DNA from: the human T2T-CHM13v2.0 reference genome, Homo sapiens
Assembly (NCBI RefSeq): GCF_009914755.1
Contig: NC_060927.1
Strand: one strand, 5' to 3'
DNA: 64,000 nt
Shown here: positions 1 to 14,084 of the stretch, in pieces
Numbering within the stretch: the stretch's first letter is position 1
Layout of the letters: the number at the start of each line of letters is the position of its first letter
Notes under the pieces: model-generated
What the model saw: the letters and a program-made list of their open reading frames with translations, nothing else
Database searches by the model: none
Told to the model about the DNA's origin: nothing
Position numbers and translations under genes: made by a program

Positions 1-849
1 ATTTAGTTATGCATAAAATACAAAATGCATAGTGTATTTCAACTATGATTTCAAAAGCTGTGTTGATTTAGACAGTGACTGCATGATACTTTTTCCCCCA
101 ACCTTTAGGCATCAGACCAATCATTTTGTTCAAATTCTTATTATTGTCATTCAACATGGTTAAATATGATAGAGTGATGTTAAGATAACACTGCTGCATG
201 AATGAAATGATATTGCTTGTCAGTGATTGATGATTAGTAGAATAAAAAGGAAATAAAGCAACTGTGAACTACAGTAATCAGGTGCACCTCAATATAAAAT
301 GACATATTTTTATTAGCAGAGAAGCAATTTTGTTGTTCAACAAGTACAGAGAGGAAGATTTTAGGAGTTGCAAATTTTGACAAGCAAAAGGAAGAAATCA
401 AAATTGATCTGGATTTTGACTACTTTGTATAAACTTTTAAGTACAGAAGAAAAAAAATGCCCCTTTCTATTATCCTAAATTTTTCTAACTGTTCTAGATA
501 TAAAGTTTTGGGATGAGGAAGATGACAGAAAACACAAACTATGAAGTAAGAGATGAAGGTGGTTTGTCAAAAGGATTGAATAAGTGGTATTAAAAAAAAA
601 AAGCCTGTGAAGCACTATGAAGGTGTAATATACAATATAAAGGCGAACCTATGAAGTTGTATTGTGATCACATGATAGATGAAGTCCTTACACTGTTATC
701 TCCATCCAGATCTCTACTAATACAAAAATCTAGACTTCAGATCTTGATGTTCTACATTCTACAAGTATGAGACATTTTATTGTGATTACCTATTCTTCAC
801 TCTTTCTTCTGTCTATTCCTTTGCTATGTGATTTTGTTGTTTCTCTTAC

Positions 850-1090
850 TGTACTAGGTATGCATAACCTAAGTCCTGGGATTTGGACTAAGTCATGTGA
901 CTTTGGACAATGTGATGCTGTGGCCAATGTGCATGGCACAAGCTGAGTGAATGTGGACATGTATTGTTCTTGTGTTTTCTCCTTTGTTTCTTGAGCTTCT
1001 GCCATAAGAAGAACATGATTCAGCCAGTTTGACTTCCTGGCCCAAAGAGAATAAGAGACACATGAAATAGATCTTAACACAACTTGCAAT
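850..1090 (+). mobile_element. Old MaLR LTR fragment (MLT1 family)
   Basis: 'cttctgccataagaagaacatg...agagacacatgaaatag' resembles the MLT1 LTR core; diverged, boundaries approximate. Confidence 0.5.
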
Positions 1091-1094
1091 TTTG

Positions 1095-1699
1095 AGTTGG
1101 CAACATTAAACTTTACACTGTCAAACCTATGTCCCTGGAAAATAGCAACAATGAAATAAATATCCCAATCCTTTTTTTGTTCTTGGAAATGTCCTACCAC
1201 TCCTCCCAATATAATTTAGATAAGACTCATGGACGTTCCCCGTTGTTTACCTATGGCACATCCCCTCCAAATTCCCTTTCTTTGCCTCATAAATGATGAC
1301 GAAACTGTTTGTTCCCATTGATAAGTCTGGGCAAAAGACTTCTGCTTTCTTCAGGTCCTCAATTTTGATCCACTGTCAGCCTGAGCCAGCATACAACCTG
1401 TCTTTAATGGCTCATCCTGAGTATAGACAGACCACAAGGAATGCGATTCCCTGATCAACTGTGCCACCCACTCCATCCTACTTAGGTTTTTCTGTCCTGG
1501 TTTATACCTCCTTATGAAAGAAAAAAACACTCTCCTTCCTACCTTTGCAACATTTGTAGATCTGACAGTCAAAGTGTCTTTCTCTCTCAATATTCCCTTT
1601 ACCTGTATTACAATATTCATTTGTTCCTACCACAGTAATCTTTTCAAATAAAATCTCTCCTTAATTAAGTCCAGATGTGTTGAAAAACACAGTTTAACA
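1095..1699 (+). mobile_element. ERV1 (MER4-group, MER67-like) LTR
   Basis: 'atttagataagactca...ttgtttacctatg...cctccaaattccc' motifs, AATAAA near 1648, ends in ..AACA, followed closely by a primer-binding-site (PBS)-like sequence. Confidence 0.6.
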
Positions 1700-2130
1700 G
1701 TTTTCTGGTGCTGTGACACAAATGGTATGTGAACCAACCCTTAGATCCTAATGTCTTCACCCAAGTATGAATCCCAGCTTCTTAGAGACTTTGTGCTTAT
1801 TTCTAGCTGGGGAGATCCAAATCCAAGGTGGTAAGTCCAATCTCCTAAACTCCTGCGCTGGATATTTTTATCTTGTAGTGTGGTAATGAGTTACTTTAGT
1901 TATTTCTGGCAGAGATTTTTCTTTGGCCCTTCCATGAAATCTGTTTTGTTTTCCTTCAGCTCCCTAAATCTAAGGATTTTGGGAGGTAATCTCATTGGTT
2001 CCTTGAACCTAGGGACTGGACAAGAGTATTTGCTAATCTCAACCTGGTGATTGTGTGAGAAAACTAATTGAGCAGAGCTTGTTTCTGGTTTTATTAAGGT
2101 CTCATTTCTGATTTAATTATCTACCCACTG
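1700..2130 (+). mobile_element. Start of ERV internal region: PBS-like 'tggtgctgtgac' (1706) and splice donor GTG|GTAAGT (1830/1831)
   Basis: TGG-initiated PBS a few nt after the LTR end, as in MER4-group proviruses; consensus 5' splice site ~130 nt downstream; 3' boundary uncertain. Confidence 0.5.
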
Positions 2131-2389
2131 GTGTCATGGATTAGATAATTAGGTATCATGATCCATTAGGTATCATGGATTGGTATCATGGATTAGATAA
2201 TTATGCACTTGTCTTCCCTGAGTGACAAAATGCTTCACCATTCATCACCATTATGGTGCTTATTCAGTTCAATATGAACTATGACATAAATTTATATTTT
2301 TATTCTATGCCCTAAATATATACTAGTCCAAAAGGCAAAAAAAAAAACATTATTTATATGACTATTTTTTTTCTCATCCTTTAGTTTTT

Positions 2390-2640
2390 GCTTCAGTCAG
2401 TTTCTTAGTGAGGTCTTCTTACCTTGTATCCTAACTAGCATAGATAACCCCCACAGGATAATCTTTATTTCTGATATTTTTAAATATACTACTTATGCAA
2501 AATTACATTTGTAAAAATTAGTTATCTAATTTTCCTCTTTCTCAATCACCAAATGAAAGTTACATGAGAGTAGAGACCATGTCAAATTTGTTTACCCATG
2601 GACAATCACATAATACTTTATCACTTATTTCATAAATATG
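2390..2640 (+). mobile_element. L2 3' fragment
   Basis: 'atgaaagttacatgagagtagagaccatgtc...ttgtttacc' resembles the L2 3' end. Confidence 0.45.
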
Positions 2641-4139
2641 TGAATCTACTTTGCTGTAAAGGATGATATAATTTTTATTACATTAGACATATTTTTATTT
2701 TAGAATCATAATTTACTAGAATATTAATTTATTTGCCAATAAAACATGTAAAGCATAAGAATTTGGAATCAAAAATCACAACCTGAAGGCAGCTTAACAT
2801 TAACGCAAGCACAATACTTAAGAGAAAGAAAAATTGCTGACCAGCAAGGTGACAATAAATAGCATATAAGCAGTTCAGTCAAAACATTCAAGTCAGTTGT
2901 TCCTATAAACGTAGGCATCATCTTGTCAGTCTTATCTTTTTGATAATAGCTTTTGAAACCTGCAAATGTTTTACCGCTTATTAAGTAAGCATTCAGAGAA
3001 TCAATTATTGAAAAAAAAAGTCCAATTTTCTAAAATACATCTTAAAGTAATAGATTGGATTTGGTTGCCTCTGCTGATTAGTAATTTAGAAATCGAATGA
3101 TGACTTCTGTCATTCTGATGAGCTTCTGACAGAATTTTCAGTTTTGCTCTGAGTATTTTATGCTTTTTCTTTACATGATATTAATAGAATGGTCATTGAG
3201 CTGTTGAGCTGAGATCGCAAAGAAATACCTTGACATTACAGATTATGTATTTATTGGTAAATGAATACAATCATTTTAATTGCTCTTTTATTGTTGACAA
3301 AAAAGAAATAAAATACTGTAAAATAGGTATATTCTACTAATATGCATCATTATGATTTTATTTCTTCATAACTGCAGTAGTTTTGCTATGTCTTTTTCAT
3401 CTCTGACAGGAAGAGTAATAACTGGCTTTATATATATGAGGATGTTGCAAGCATCAATTAGATAAATAATCAAAGAATTTAAATACCCTAAAAAACAACA
3501 AAAAATTTGCTGGTTTATTCATTGTAAGTAATCAATCAGTTAAATGTATTTTATATGTTAGCTCATATAATGTGTAAATGGGAAATTATTTTTAATTATG
3601 AAACAGCTCTCTACAATTATCAATCATCAATAATCATTTCAATGGTGGAATATATTGACTAAAAATACCTTAGATACTACAAGAATATTTTTTTCTCTTT
3701 CTCGCCCCACAGTATTTTAATGACTTTCTACTTCTATTATTAATTTTCCTTTCTACAAATAAGAAGTAAAAATAATATACAGATTTTATTTTTTTACAAT
3801 TTAAAGTTCTAGAAATTCAATACAAATATCTTGGAACCTTGCTCGAGATTGTAAAACACAGATATAATAATTAGTATTTTTTATTTACTGTTCATAGTTC
3901 ATAAATAATTGTTTCCATGTTTATATTAAGCCGACTGAAATAACGCTTTTTCCTATTAAACAAACTGCCCATTCACATGCAGAGGGAAAAAAAAAAAGCT
4001 GAGACCATAGAAATGTGCATATAATTTTAAACCTATACTTTATAAACAATGTATTCTATACTCTGATACAACTTTTATTTGTTCAACTCATTTAACTATT
4101 ATAAAATATAACTTAAGTATCTTTAAAATACACATAATA

Positions 4140-4284
4140 TTTTATAGATGAGAAAGCTGAAGCACAGAGATATTAAGTAATTTTTGTAAGGTCACACAGC
4201 CAGTATGTAGCAATACTGAGATTTGAACCTCAGCAGTCTGGCTCCAGAATCTGTGCTCTTAGCCATTACTTTATAATGCCTCTC
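4140..4284 (-). mobile_element. MIR
   Basis: 'tttatagatgagaaagctgaagcacagaga...aaggtcacacagc...gatttgaacc' is the reverse complement of the MIR core. Confidence 0.85.
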
Positions 4285-4423
4285 ACTAATTCATGAATTT
4301 AACAACATTATTGGGAGAAATGATCCTTAAAATTTGAGAAAAATATCTTTTTGAAAAAATGAATAGTAATTTCCTTGAATGGAAATATTATGAAATATAA
4401 CTGGTTAGGAAACCATAGCCATG

Positions 4424-4825
4424 TGTCACTGTCTTTGTTTTGTGTTGCTATAATCAAAATACCTGAGACTGGGTCATTTGTAAAAGGCTGAAATGTATTT
4501 CTGAAAGTTCTATAGGCTGAGAAGTCCAAGATCAAGGCGCTGAGATTATTGTCTGAAGCGAGTCTGGTCTCTGCTTCCAAGACAGTGCTTTGAATGCTGC
4601 ATCCTGCGGAGGCAAGGAATGTTGCTTCCTCATATGGCAGAAGGCAGAAGGGGAAAAAGAACAAACTCCTTCCAGCCCTTTTAGAAAGGCATCTATTTCC
4701 ATTCATAACGGCAGAGATCTCACAATTCAATCCACCCCTAAAGCCTGCCCCTTCTAATACTCTTGCATTGGGTATGAAGTTACAACATGAATTTTGGAGG
4801 GGATAAAAACATTCAAACCATAGCA
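4424..4825 (-). mobile_element. MaLR solo LTR (MSTC/MSTD-like)
   Basis: Reverse complement starts TGCTATGGTTTGAATGTT...CCCCTCCAAAATTCATGTTG; other end 'tgtgttgctataa...tacctgagactggg'. Confidence 0.85.
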
Positions 4826-6043
4826 TTAACCTTCACTCTTGAATTATTTGAAACTTTAAAAATAAAAGAATTGTGAAGCTATCATAATCAGAGAGCAAGA
4901 ACAGTGAATAATGAAAGCAATGACCTGCCTTTTACTTACGACTTTGTCACAGATTCCTTAGGTGACATTAAGATTGGTACGTAATTATCCATGTCAGTAG
5001 ATTTCAACTAGGAAATCATTTGCACCATTTAGAAGTCTCATAAAGTGAACTATTATAATATTCTCTTCTCCTCCAATGACATTAGGTTATCTTTATTACC
5101 ACTATTAGGTCAATACCATACTTTCAGAAATATAATGAAACCAATGAACTTCAGAGAACTAATGCAGGTATTCTTCCTTCACTCAATGTGTCCTGGATCT
5201 TATACTCCACATTTGCTCATCTAATTTCTAAGACTTTTCAAACCATCAATTATAGATCTTCTGAAATTGAGTTTTACCTGTACATATTCTTCTCCCCCAT
5301 GTTTTCATTTATAATCACCCTAAAATCTACAGACATCATTTTCATCACTGTCTGTTTGTATCGATTCACAGACAGCACTTTAACCATCAAGACCCTCAAG
5401 ATTAGGTAATTTAAATCCCACTGTAGCCCATGATTTCATTGAGACTCTAATTAAATGAAATAAAGGGAAATGTTTATACATTAGAATGGCAAACTTTCCT
5501 CAATAATATTGCGTGCTTAATGTCATATTTTTAAATTTTCTTCCATATTCTTGACTAAACACAATAGAGAAGAAATTACTGACTAGACAGGGACAATATC
5601 TACTAGACATTTGGACCACTGACAAAAAAATCACACACTTTAAGAAGATAGTCATTTAAATGCTATAGACAAATAAGAATTTTAGGACAGAAATGTACTA
5701 CTTCTATAAAAATCCTTTCTTTCCTCATGTAAACACAATGAAATTGATTGCTAATTATAAGACTTCTGCTTTTTAAATTTGGTTACACTTTGGAACTAAG
5801 GAATTATGCCAGGAAATTGAGTAAAGATTCTACTATTTCACATTTGTGATCTTCATTAGAAAACCTTAGGGTTTATCCTAATCACCATATCACTCTGGCA
5901 ACATACAGCTTCTAAGTACAGATAAAATGACCTTATCCGAACTCCTGATAGAAAACAAAAAAAGTTACTCTGTAATTCATACTTTTGGGCTCTAGATATA
6001 TCAGCTTAGAGCTATGTAGTTCCTCTTTAAAAAGAAATATTCT

Positions 6044-6381
<338 letters not shown>

Positions 6382-8609
6382 TTAAAATACTGCATTGACA
6401 TACTGTAATGCTTTATCCATACCCAAAAAATAAATAACATTATTAAGTACACCTTAAAAATAGATATAGTTATTATTATAGATATCAAAGCTACAAGATA
6501 ATCCAAACTATAGTTTACATCCTGATGAGGTGTATATTTTTACCTAACACCAATTTCTTCCAAACTTTTTTCTCCTTCTTATATTAAAAATCACTAAGAT
6601 CCTTTTTTTCTTCTACTTCCTCAGTAACTGCTGTAAAACCAAAGCCTAAAACTAAACTGGCCAGTAGAACTAATTGCCATCACAACTCCAGAGCGTTTTA
6701 GATGATGAGTAAGAGAGGTAACCAATCTTGGAAACTTTAATAAGCTCCGTCACTCTAGGATAAGTCATCAAACTCTCTGTACTATCTAGATACAAACAAG
6801 AAACTTGTGTTAAGAGTAGCTTTAAATTTTGGAGAAAAAAAAAGATATCTTGCAAATTAAAAACGTCTACTATTTTTCCATACGTAATTTTTATTACCTA
6901 TGATATCTAAATACTCTCTCTTACTTTCTATGTATTTTCCCCTTCAAAAGCTAAGAGGCACGTTTCATGCAAAAAAATAAGTAAATAAAATAAAAAGTGT
7001 ATTGAAAGAGAACTTAGTAATGAACAGTGTCGTTTAAAATAATCCATAGTGTTTAGATAAGAGAAAATATGGTTCAGAAAACAACCATATCTAGATCGTT
7101 ATAAATTTATAGCAGTGAAGAGAGCTTATCAGTTACACTTGGTAAGTTTTAAATATTGTATTTCTGTAATATTTCTAGATGAAAGGATGTAATATGCTCC
7201 CATAGAGCTTGCTTGATTTATTGGGAAAATAATACATATTTTGAAAAATGAGCTCTGTGAGCATTGATGAAAAAGTCCGAGAGAACACAGAAGGAGTGGT
7301 TACAGTCTGCTGCATAAATAATGCATTAGAAATCTGTTCCCATTCGAAAGCACAAGTAAAATTTTTCTAATGGCACCCGAAATGTTAATTCTGAAACTTC
7401 TTCGCAATTAGGAATGCCACCATTATTTTCTCTTTTGAAGATAATCAAATTAATTATTTTGAATGTATTGAAGGTGCTTTAAGATGGATTTTGGCATAAG
7501 AAAATTACATCCTCTTAATTGGTGTTAAAGGTAACAATTTCAGTTCGTATATTTTGTTACAGAGTTCATATGGTTACATATTTGGGCTTAAAAATAAAGT
7601 AGCTAAGAAATTAGGTTCACAAAATATCCCATAAATGAAAAAGTGGAACCAATAAAATTTAGTTAACAAAGAAGTTGATATAAATTAAATAATTTTATAA
7701 AGATTATTTGTATAATAAAAATTGTAAGATGTTTTATTTACATAGTAATTTAATCAAAGATAAATTTAACCTTCCTCTATGTTTTCGGAAACTTGTTTTA
7801 ATTTACAGTAAAGAATAATTTTTAAACGTGATAAAATGGTTTGTAAATAATCAGTTTTAAGTTTCCAGTATATATTTTCTCCTACTATACAGTAATTATC
7901 TTATAAATTTCTTAGTATATTAACTTTATTTGTTAGCCTTTCCTCTAAGCTGCAAAGGCCAAGATTCTATCTAGTGATATAGCAGCATATAATAATAATA
8001 GTTTAATTAGAAAACTCAAGGAACAATGCATGCTTCATACTGTAAGTTTTTAAAGTACTACAAATCATCACTTTTTATCTATTATTATTTCATTCTACAA
8101 TGAAAATCAATTAACCTAGCACCTTTTTCTGTTTTTTTAGATCATTTCTTTCCTTTCATCAAATGGAATTAATTCTGGCTTTTGAGGGTTTTGAAAGTTT
8201 GTCAAAATTTGATTTCTTTATACTTCTCTCTCTAAAAATAAAAAGTTCCAATTTAAAAATTTCCAAAAATAATATCTTTTTCAATATTTCAATAATATTT
8301 TGAAGTCACATCTTATAAAATTTTAGTATCGCTTTAGTATGCTAAAGACAGGACTGCAATATCTTAATTACAAATGATTTACAATGCTAAATAAAAAATC
8401 CCTGCCCTGACAGGAAAGGGGTTGTTGTTTAGTTGCAATGCAGGGAATAGAGATAGAAACAGCAAGAGGGTACAGTAAATGTTTGCAAATGAATACATGA
8501 GAAATCCAGGCCCTAACTTTATTCTCCCCATTACAGATCCAATACATTAATACATATATAATAAATTCACATGTATTTTTATTTTTGTATGGCTAATGGG
8601 TCTCTGACT

Positions 8610-8818
8610 CAGTGCTAAATACATTCATTAATTATCTTACTAAATTCTCCCCAGCAACTGTTTCAGTCAAGGAACTTCATTATCAACATTTCCTACATAA
8701 ATTACTTGATGAAGTTAAACATTTATTTGCAAAAGCTGGCATGTGAAAGAGCAGAATTTAAACTTGGATATGTTTAACAATACAGTCTGTGTTCTTGAAA
8801 ATTCCACCATTCTGCCTG
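8610..8818 (-). mobile_element. Highly diverged MIR-like remnant
   Basis: Weak similarity to the MIR reverse complement ('gcagaatttaaacttgg...ctgtgttctt...accattctgcct'). Confidence 0.35.
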
Positions 8819-9434
8819 AAAATAGACCAGAGAGGAGCCCCTTGGGTGAACTTTATCTTCCATTCTACCCTGAAGAGTGTCAGGCATGCCTCCGATGCTG
8901 TTCAATACAATTTTCAACAGATTGGAGGATACAAATAAATATATATAAGTAGACACATTCCAGTAAAAAAGAAATGATGATAAAATTCCATAACTCCATA
9001 AAAATTCAAAGAAAGTTAGCTGAAATTATAAGAGGAAAAACACTAACAATTAAACTCAATTTCATGACTAAATTCAACTTCATAACTGGACATCATATAA
9101 CATGACTTCATGTATCTATGCTTCTATCTGCAGCTATGGATTCATGGAACAGATAAGACTTTATGTCCCTTAATCTTTGTCCTATCAATAGTTTTGGTGA
9201 AAAATAAAATCAGTCAATAAGTTTACCAAGTGCAATAACAGTGTACAAACAAGTCACCAACTAGCAATCTATCGATTAGATATTTGTGTGGAAGAAAGCA
9301 CAGAAAATCTGATAGATTTTAGCTAAGGAAGTTGGAGTGGGTAATTAATGGGATTTTTGTGTTTGTTCAAGCATCATGGAGGCTGCCTTTCTCCCTGATC
9401 AAAGTAACCCAAAATTTGTGTCTGGATACCTCTC

Positions 9435-11810
9435 TGTATTAGTCCGTTTTCACAGTGCTGTCAAAGAACTACCTGAGACTGGGTAATTTATAAAGAAAAC
9501 AGGTTTAATCCACTCACAGCTCTGCATGGCTGGGGAAGCCTCAGGAAACTTACAATCATGGCTCAAGGAGAAGCAGGTGTGTCTTACATGGTGGCAGTTG
9601 AGAAAGAGTGTGTGAAAGAGCAACTTTCAAACACTTATAAAACCATCAGAACTTGAGAGAACTCACTCACTATCATGAAAACAGCATTGGGAAAACCACA
9701 CCTATGATCAAATCACCTCCCACAGGATTCCTCCTTTGATAAGTGGTGATCATGGGGATTATAATTTGAGATGAGATTTGCAGGAAGACACAGAATCAAA
9801 TCACGTCATTCCACCCTGGACCTTTCCAAATCTTACATCCTTTTAACATTTAAGAACCAATCATGCCTTCCTTCCCAAGAGTACCCCAAAGTCTTAATTC
9901 ATTCCAGCATTAACCCAAAAGTTCAAGTCCAAAGTCTCATCTGAGAATAGGCAAGTCCCTTCCACCTAGGATGCTGTAAAATAAAAAAATTAAGTTAGTT
10001 ACTTCCAAGACACAATAAAGGTAGAGGCATTGAATAAATGCTCCCATTCCAAGTGAGAGAAATTGACCAAGACATAGGGTATACAGACCCCATGCAAGTC
10101 CAGAAGAGGGGCAATCATTACATCTTAAAGTTCCAAAATAATTTCCTTTGACTCCATATCTCACATCTGGGGCACACTGATGCAAAGGGTGGACTCCCAC
10201 CACCTTCAGCAGCTCCACCCCTGTGGCTTTGCAGACTTCAGCCCCCACAGCTGCTCTCAAGGGCTGGCGTTGAATGCCTGTGGCTTTTGCAGGTGCACAG
10301 CACAAGTCATTGGTGAATCTACCATTCTGGGGTTTGGAGAATGGTGGCAATCTTCTCACAGCTCCACTAGGCAGTGCCCCAGTGGTGACTCTGTGTCGGG
10401 GTTCCAACACCGTATTACTCTTCTCCATTGCTCTAGCAGAGGTTCTCCATAAGGGCTCTTCCCCTGCAGAAGACTTCTGCCTGGACATCTAGGCATTTCC
10501 TTACATCTTCTGAAATCTAGGCAGAAGTTCCCAAACCACAATTCTTGACTTATGTGAACCTGCAGGCCCAACACCATGTGGAAGCTGCCAAGACTTGAGG
10601 TTTTCATCCTATGAAACAATGCCCTGAGCTGTAGGTGGCCCCTTTTAGCCACAGCTGGAGGTAGAGCAGCTGGGAGACATGGCATCAAGATTGAGGCTGC
10701 ACAGAGAAACGGGGTCCAAGGCCCTGCCCATTAAACCATTTTTCCCTCCTATGCCAGGTCTGTCCTGCAGACCCTGGCCAAGTGACTGATGAAAGGAGTA
10801 TTCAGACACAGGTATGCAGTGTAAGAGCAGCTAGGTATCTGACTGGCTCTAGTGGCCAAAGTGCAGCAGCCCTGATAAACTGGAGCTGCTTGTTTTTATT
10901 TGGTGTAGACATAATGCCAAAAGCCTGGAGCAAACACAATCTGCAAGTAAGATGATCAAAGGTCGGTTCTTGGTCAACATAAGTCAACAGGCCTGTTTAA
11001 AATAAATTCCCCTACACTCCCTTGTACCTACTCCTTGCCCTTTGCCTCAGGGTTAGAGAACGGCTGCCTTCAGCTATTCTCACGCAAAGCTTTGCAGAGA
11101 CTTCTGACGTTTCAGAAGGCCTGCTCCTTTCCCTGTAGCTTCTCCCACCACTGACTGATCTCCCACACTCCTAGGCCTCAGAGACTGTGATGAGAGGAGC
11201 TGCTGTGAAGATCTCTGACATGCCTCAGTCTGGACTTCATTGTCCACATAACTATCAGCATTTTAATCAAAACCATTCAACAAGTCTCTAGGAAGTTCCA
11301 AACTTTCCCATATCTTTCTTTCTTCTTCTTAGCTCCCCAAACTCTTCCAATCTCTGCCCATTACCCAGTTCCAAAGTTGTTTCCATATTTTTACATTATC
11401 TTTATAGCAGTACCACACTCTACCTGTGTACCAATTTACTATACTAGTCTCTTCTCACACTGCTATAAAAAACTGCCTGAGACTTTGTAATTGATTTAAA
11501 AAAGGGAGTTTTATTGATTCACAGTTTTCTATGGCTGCGGAGGCCCCAGAACACTTACAATCATGGTGGAAGGGGAAGCAGGCACATCTTACATGGAGGC
11601 AGGCAAGAGAGTGTGTGAAGGAGGAACAGTCAAACATTTATAAAACCATCAGATCTCATGAGAACTCACTCAGTATCATGAGACCACCATGGAGGAAACA
11701 GCCCCCATGATCCAATCACCTCCCAATAGATTCCTCCGTTGACACAGGGGGATTATGGGGATTACAATTCGAGATGAGATTTGGGTGAGGACACAAAACC
11801 AATCCATATA
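9435..11810 (-). mobile_element. MSTA-type MaLR provirus: LTR 9435-9808, internal 9809-11439 (interrupted and partly deleted), LTR 11440-11810
   Basis: Two similar ~370-bp LTRs in direct orientation ('tgtattagtcc...'/'tatactagtc...') flank MaLR-internal sequence; ORFs at 9937-10688 are MaLR-internal remnants; flanking TSD not recognisable. Confidence 0.9.
10752..11167 (-). mobile_element. ERV2 solo LTR (LTR3 / HERV-K HML-6-like) nested in the MSTA internal region
   Basis: TG...CA termini; perfect 6-bp TSD CTCCTA (10746-10751, 11168-11173); reverse complement begins TGTGGGAGATCAGTCAGTGGTGGGAGAAGC. Confidence 0.85.
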
Positions 11811-12179
11811 CCCAGCATAGAAGAAAAGCATATTTCTGGGGAAGACTATAAGCTCCACAGCCCTCAGGAAATAAATCTGTCATAGTTTACAGGGTTGGAT
11901 AATAATTGGCCACTTTTACAATTTATACCAAAGAAAGCATTCAGTTACACAGTAATCTTTTAGAAAAATTAAATTTCTTCAGATTCCCTGACACTGTCAC
12001 TAGTATCAATTTTAACCTAAGCAGAAGTGTGCAGTATGTTTTGGTTGCCCCTTATGTGCTATAAACTCAAAGAAAATTCTAAAGAAAAAATATGTATTTC
12101 CAGTATTTATCATGAACAGTGGAAAACACCATCTGTTTCATCTACTTCTATGGACTTGAGAATAGACAATATGTAGTTT

Positions 12180-12264
12180 CACTTTTGTATTGTCAGGGTG
12201 TAGCTCGATGGCTAACACGAAGTAGGCTATCTAAAATTATTTTACAGATTAATAAATAAATGAG
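12180..12264 (+). mobile_element. L2 3' terminus
   Basis: 'tggctaacacgaagtaggctatctaaaattatttt...aataaataaatga'. Confidence 0.5.
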
Positions 12265-12394
12265 CCCAGTGAATATATGGATTGGCACTCACCTGAAAAC
12301 ATATTTTTTGATCCTAAAGCAACATACAAATGTAATTATGAAATGATATTCTGAATAGTATTTGACAACATTTATATCAGAAATATGATATAAA

Positions 12395-12590
12395 GGAGTG
12401 TGTAAAATCATGCACTCTTAGAACAAGACTCTGGTGAGTTTGAATCTTGGTGTTGATGCATGAATTATATGATCTTAGTCAAGTTTATTTATACTCACTT
12501 TACCTCAGTTTTCTCATATGTAAAATGGTAATAAAAAATTACTAATATCATAGATTTGTTATGAGAAAAAATAGCATAAAATTTTTAAAC
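12395..12590 (+). mobile_element. MIR
   Basis: 'gtttgaatcttgg...gatcttagtcaagtt...cctcagttttctcatatgtaaaatgg'. Confidence 0.8.
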
Positions 12591-14084
12591 CTCAGGTAAA
12601 ATATAAACATTCAAACGGTGATATCAAGAGGATTTTGTAAACTATCAGGAAATATTAACTGTGTTCAATGTTTTATTTCAATCAAAATGTCTCTAAACAA
12701 GTAAAGATATTTTCTCTTAATTTGTTGCCTTTGCAATAACACCTCTTCATCAACAAATGGCAAGTTCAGTTTTTTCCACTCTTTCTGACAACATGGTTCT
12801 TTGATAATTTCTTGATTTAAAGCACAATTTAAATGTAACTATGATGTCATTGTGATTTACAGAGATAATTCAGTAGGGGAAATTAGTGTTTGAGGCTTGA
12901 AGTTAGTACAAGTCTGTGGAGAAATATTCCACAAATAAGTGTTATCAAATGCCACAGGATATTGAGCAAGAAAAAAGTTACCAGGTGGTTTGAGCTTTAT
13001 ATGGCAACTAAATGTAGCAGCTAAATATAACGTGCACCTCAGTCTACCATGAAAATAAGCGTTCTCCAAAAACTGGGATGTTTTGTCTTAAACAATATTC
13101 TGAAGCCTTCCCCAGGATCTGCTGCTGTCTTCTTTGCCCATTTCTGTGACACTTACCTGTAAGCATCCACTGTTATTAGCATTATTATTCTCTGCTGTTA
13201 TGGCCTCTTGGCCTTTTCTTTTAAGCTAACCTGTCAGCCTCTATGCCTCTTTTTGACTCTTTCATTATGGTGCTGTGAGAAACTTAACAAACTACATATT
13301 GAATATAAAGTGGGCAATTTTTTGAAGTTCTGAATTTTCCAGAACAAAGAAAATATTTTTTCTACAGTAAAATTAAGACTTAAACCATATTTACATCTGT
13401 GGTAAACCCTACTCAAATGACTCCCAACATAACAGAAATTGTAATATCAGAGTCAAATTATTTGTCACCTTGAAACTTGACTGAGTATATATCATATGCT
13501 TATATCACATAGGCAGTAAGCCCTTCTAATTTCTGTGTTGTTATACCACTTTATTCCACCAGGTGAAGTAGACATTTTTACAGCTTTCAAGAAGCCTGTA
13601 ATCACTAAGGAGAGAGACAGTAGTAATTAGCAAATATAGGGAGTAAGATACTGGAGTATCAAAGCCATTACAATGATACCTACAAGTACTATGAACTCAA
13701 TAAGTCAAATTCTAATTCATGTAGCTCATAGCCACATTATGACTGAAGCTCAAAGAATTGCTTAACTACATCAGAGGGGTGTGCAGTACAGAGAGTGACA
13801 TGGGAAGCAGAAGCCATTGATAAATTATCCTCTCATCCTTTGAGCAATCTTTGTGGGAGGTAGGATATAGTGATTAATTGGACTGTTGCATCCAAGTATT
13901 TCAAGCTTGGAATATTATTCTTGAAAAAAATAGCCTCCTGTAAAGGATAAGAAGATGAAGAGAAATTTGAGCCTATACGTGAAAATGAGAGATGACAGAT
14001 ACATAGAGCATGCTGATGAAAGGTTTTCTATCAGTGGGAAAGTGACTGAGTGTTTAAACTCAATGATTAATTAATCATTTGGAA

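Noticed and set aside
3097-3153. C/D-box snoRNA-like motifs (ATGATGA ... CTGA)
   Set aside because: Span only ~55 nt, internal boxes overlap and there is no terminal stem; such motifs are common by chance
14062-14079. Perfect 18-bp palindrome AATGATTAATTAATCATT
   Set aside because: By rough estimate about one such AT-rich palindrome is expected by chance in a window this size; no other support for function
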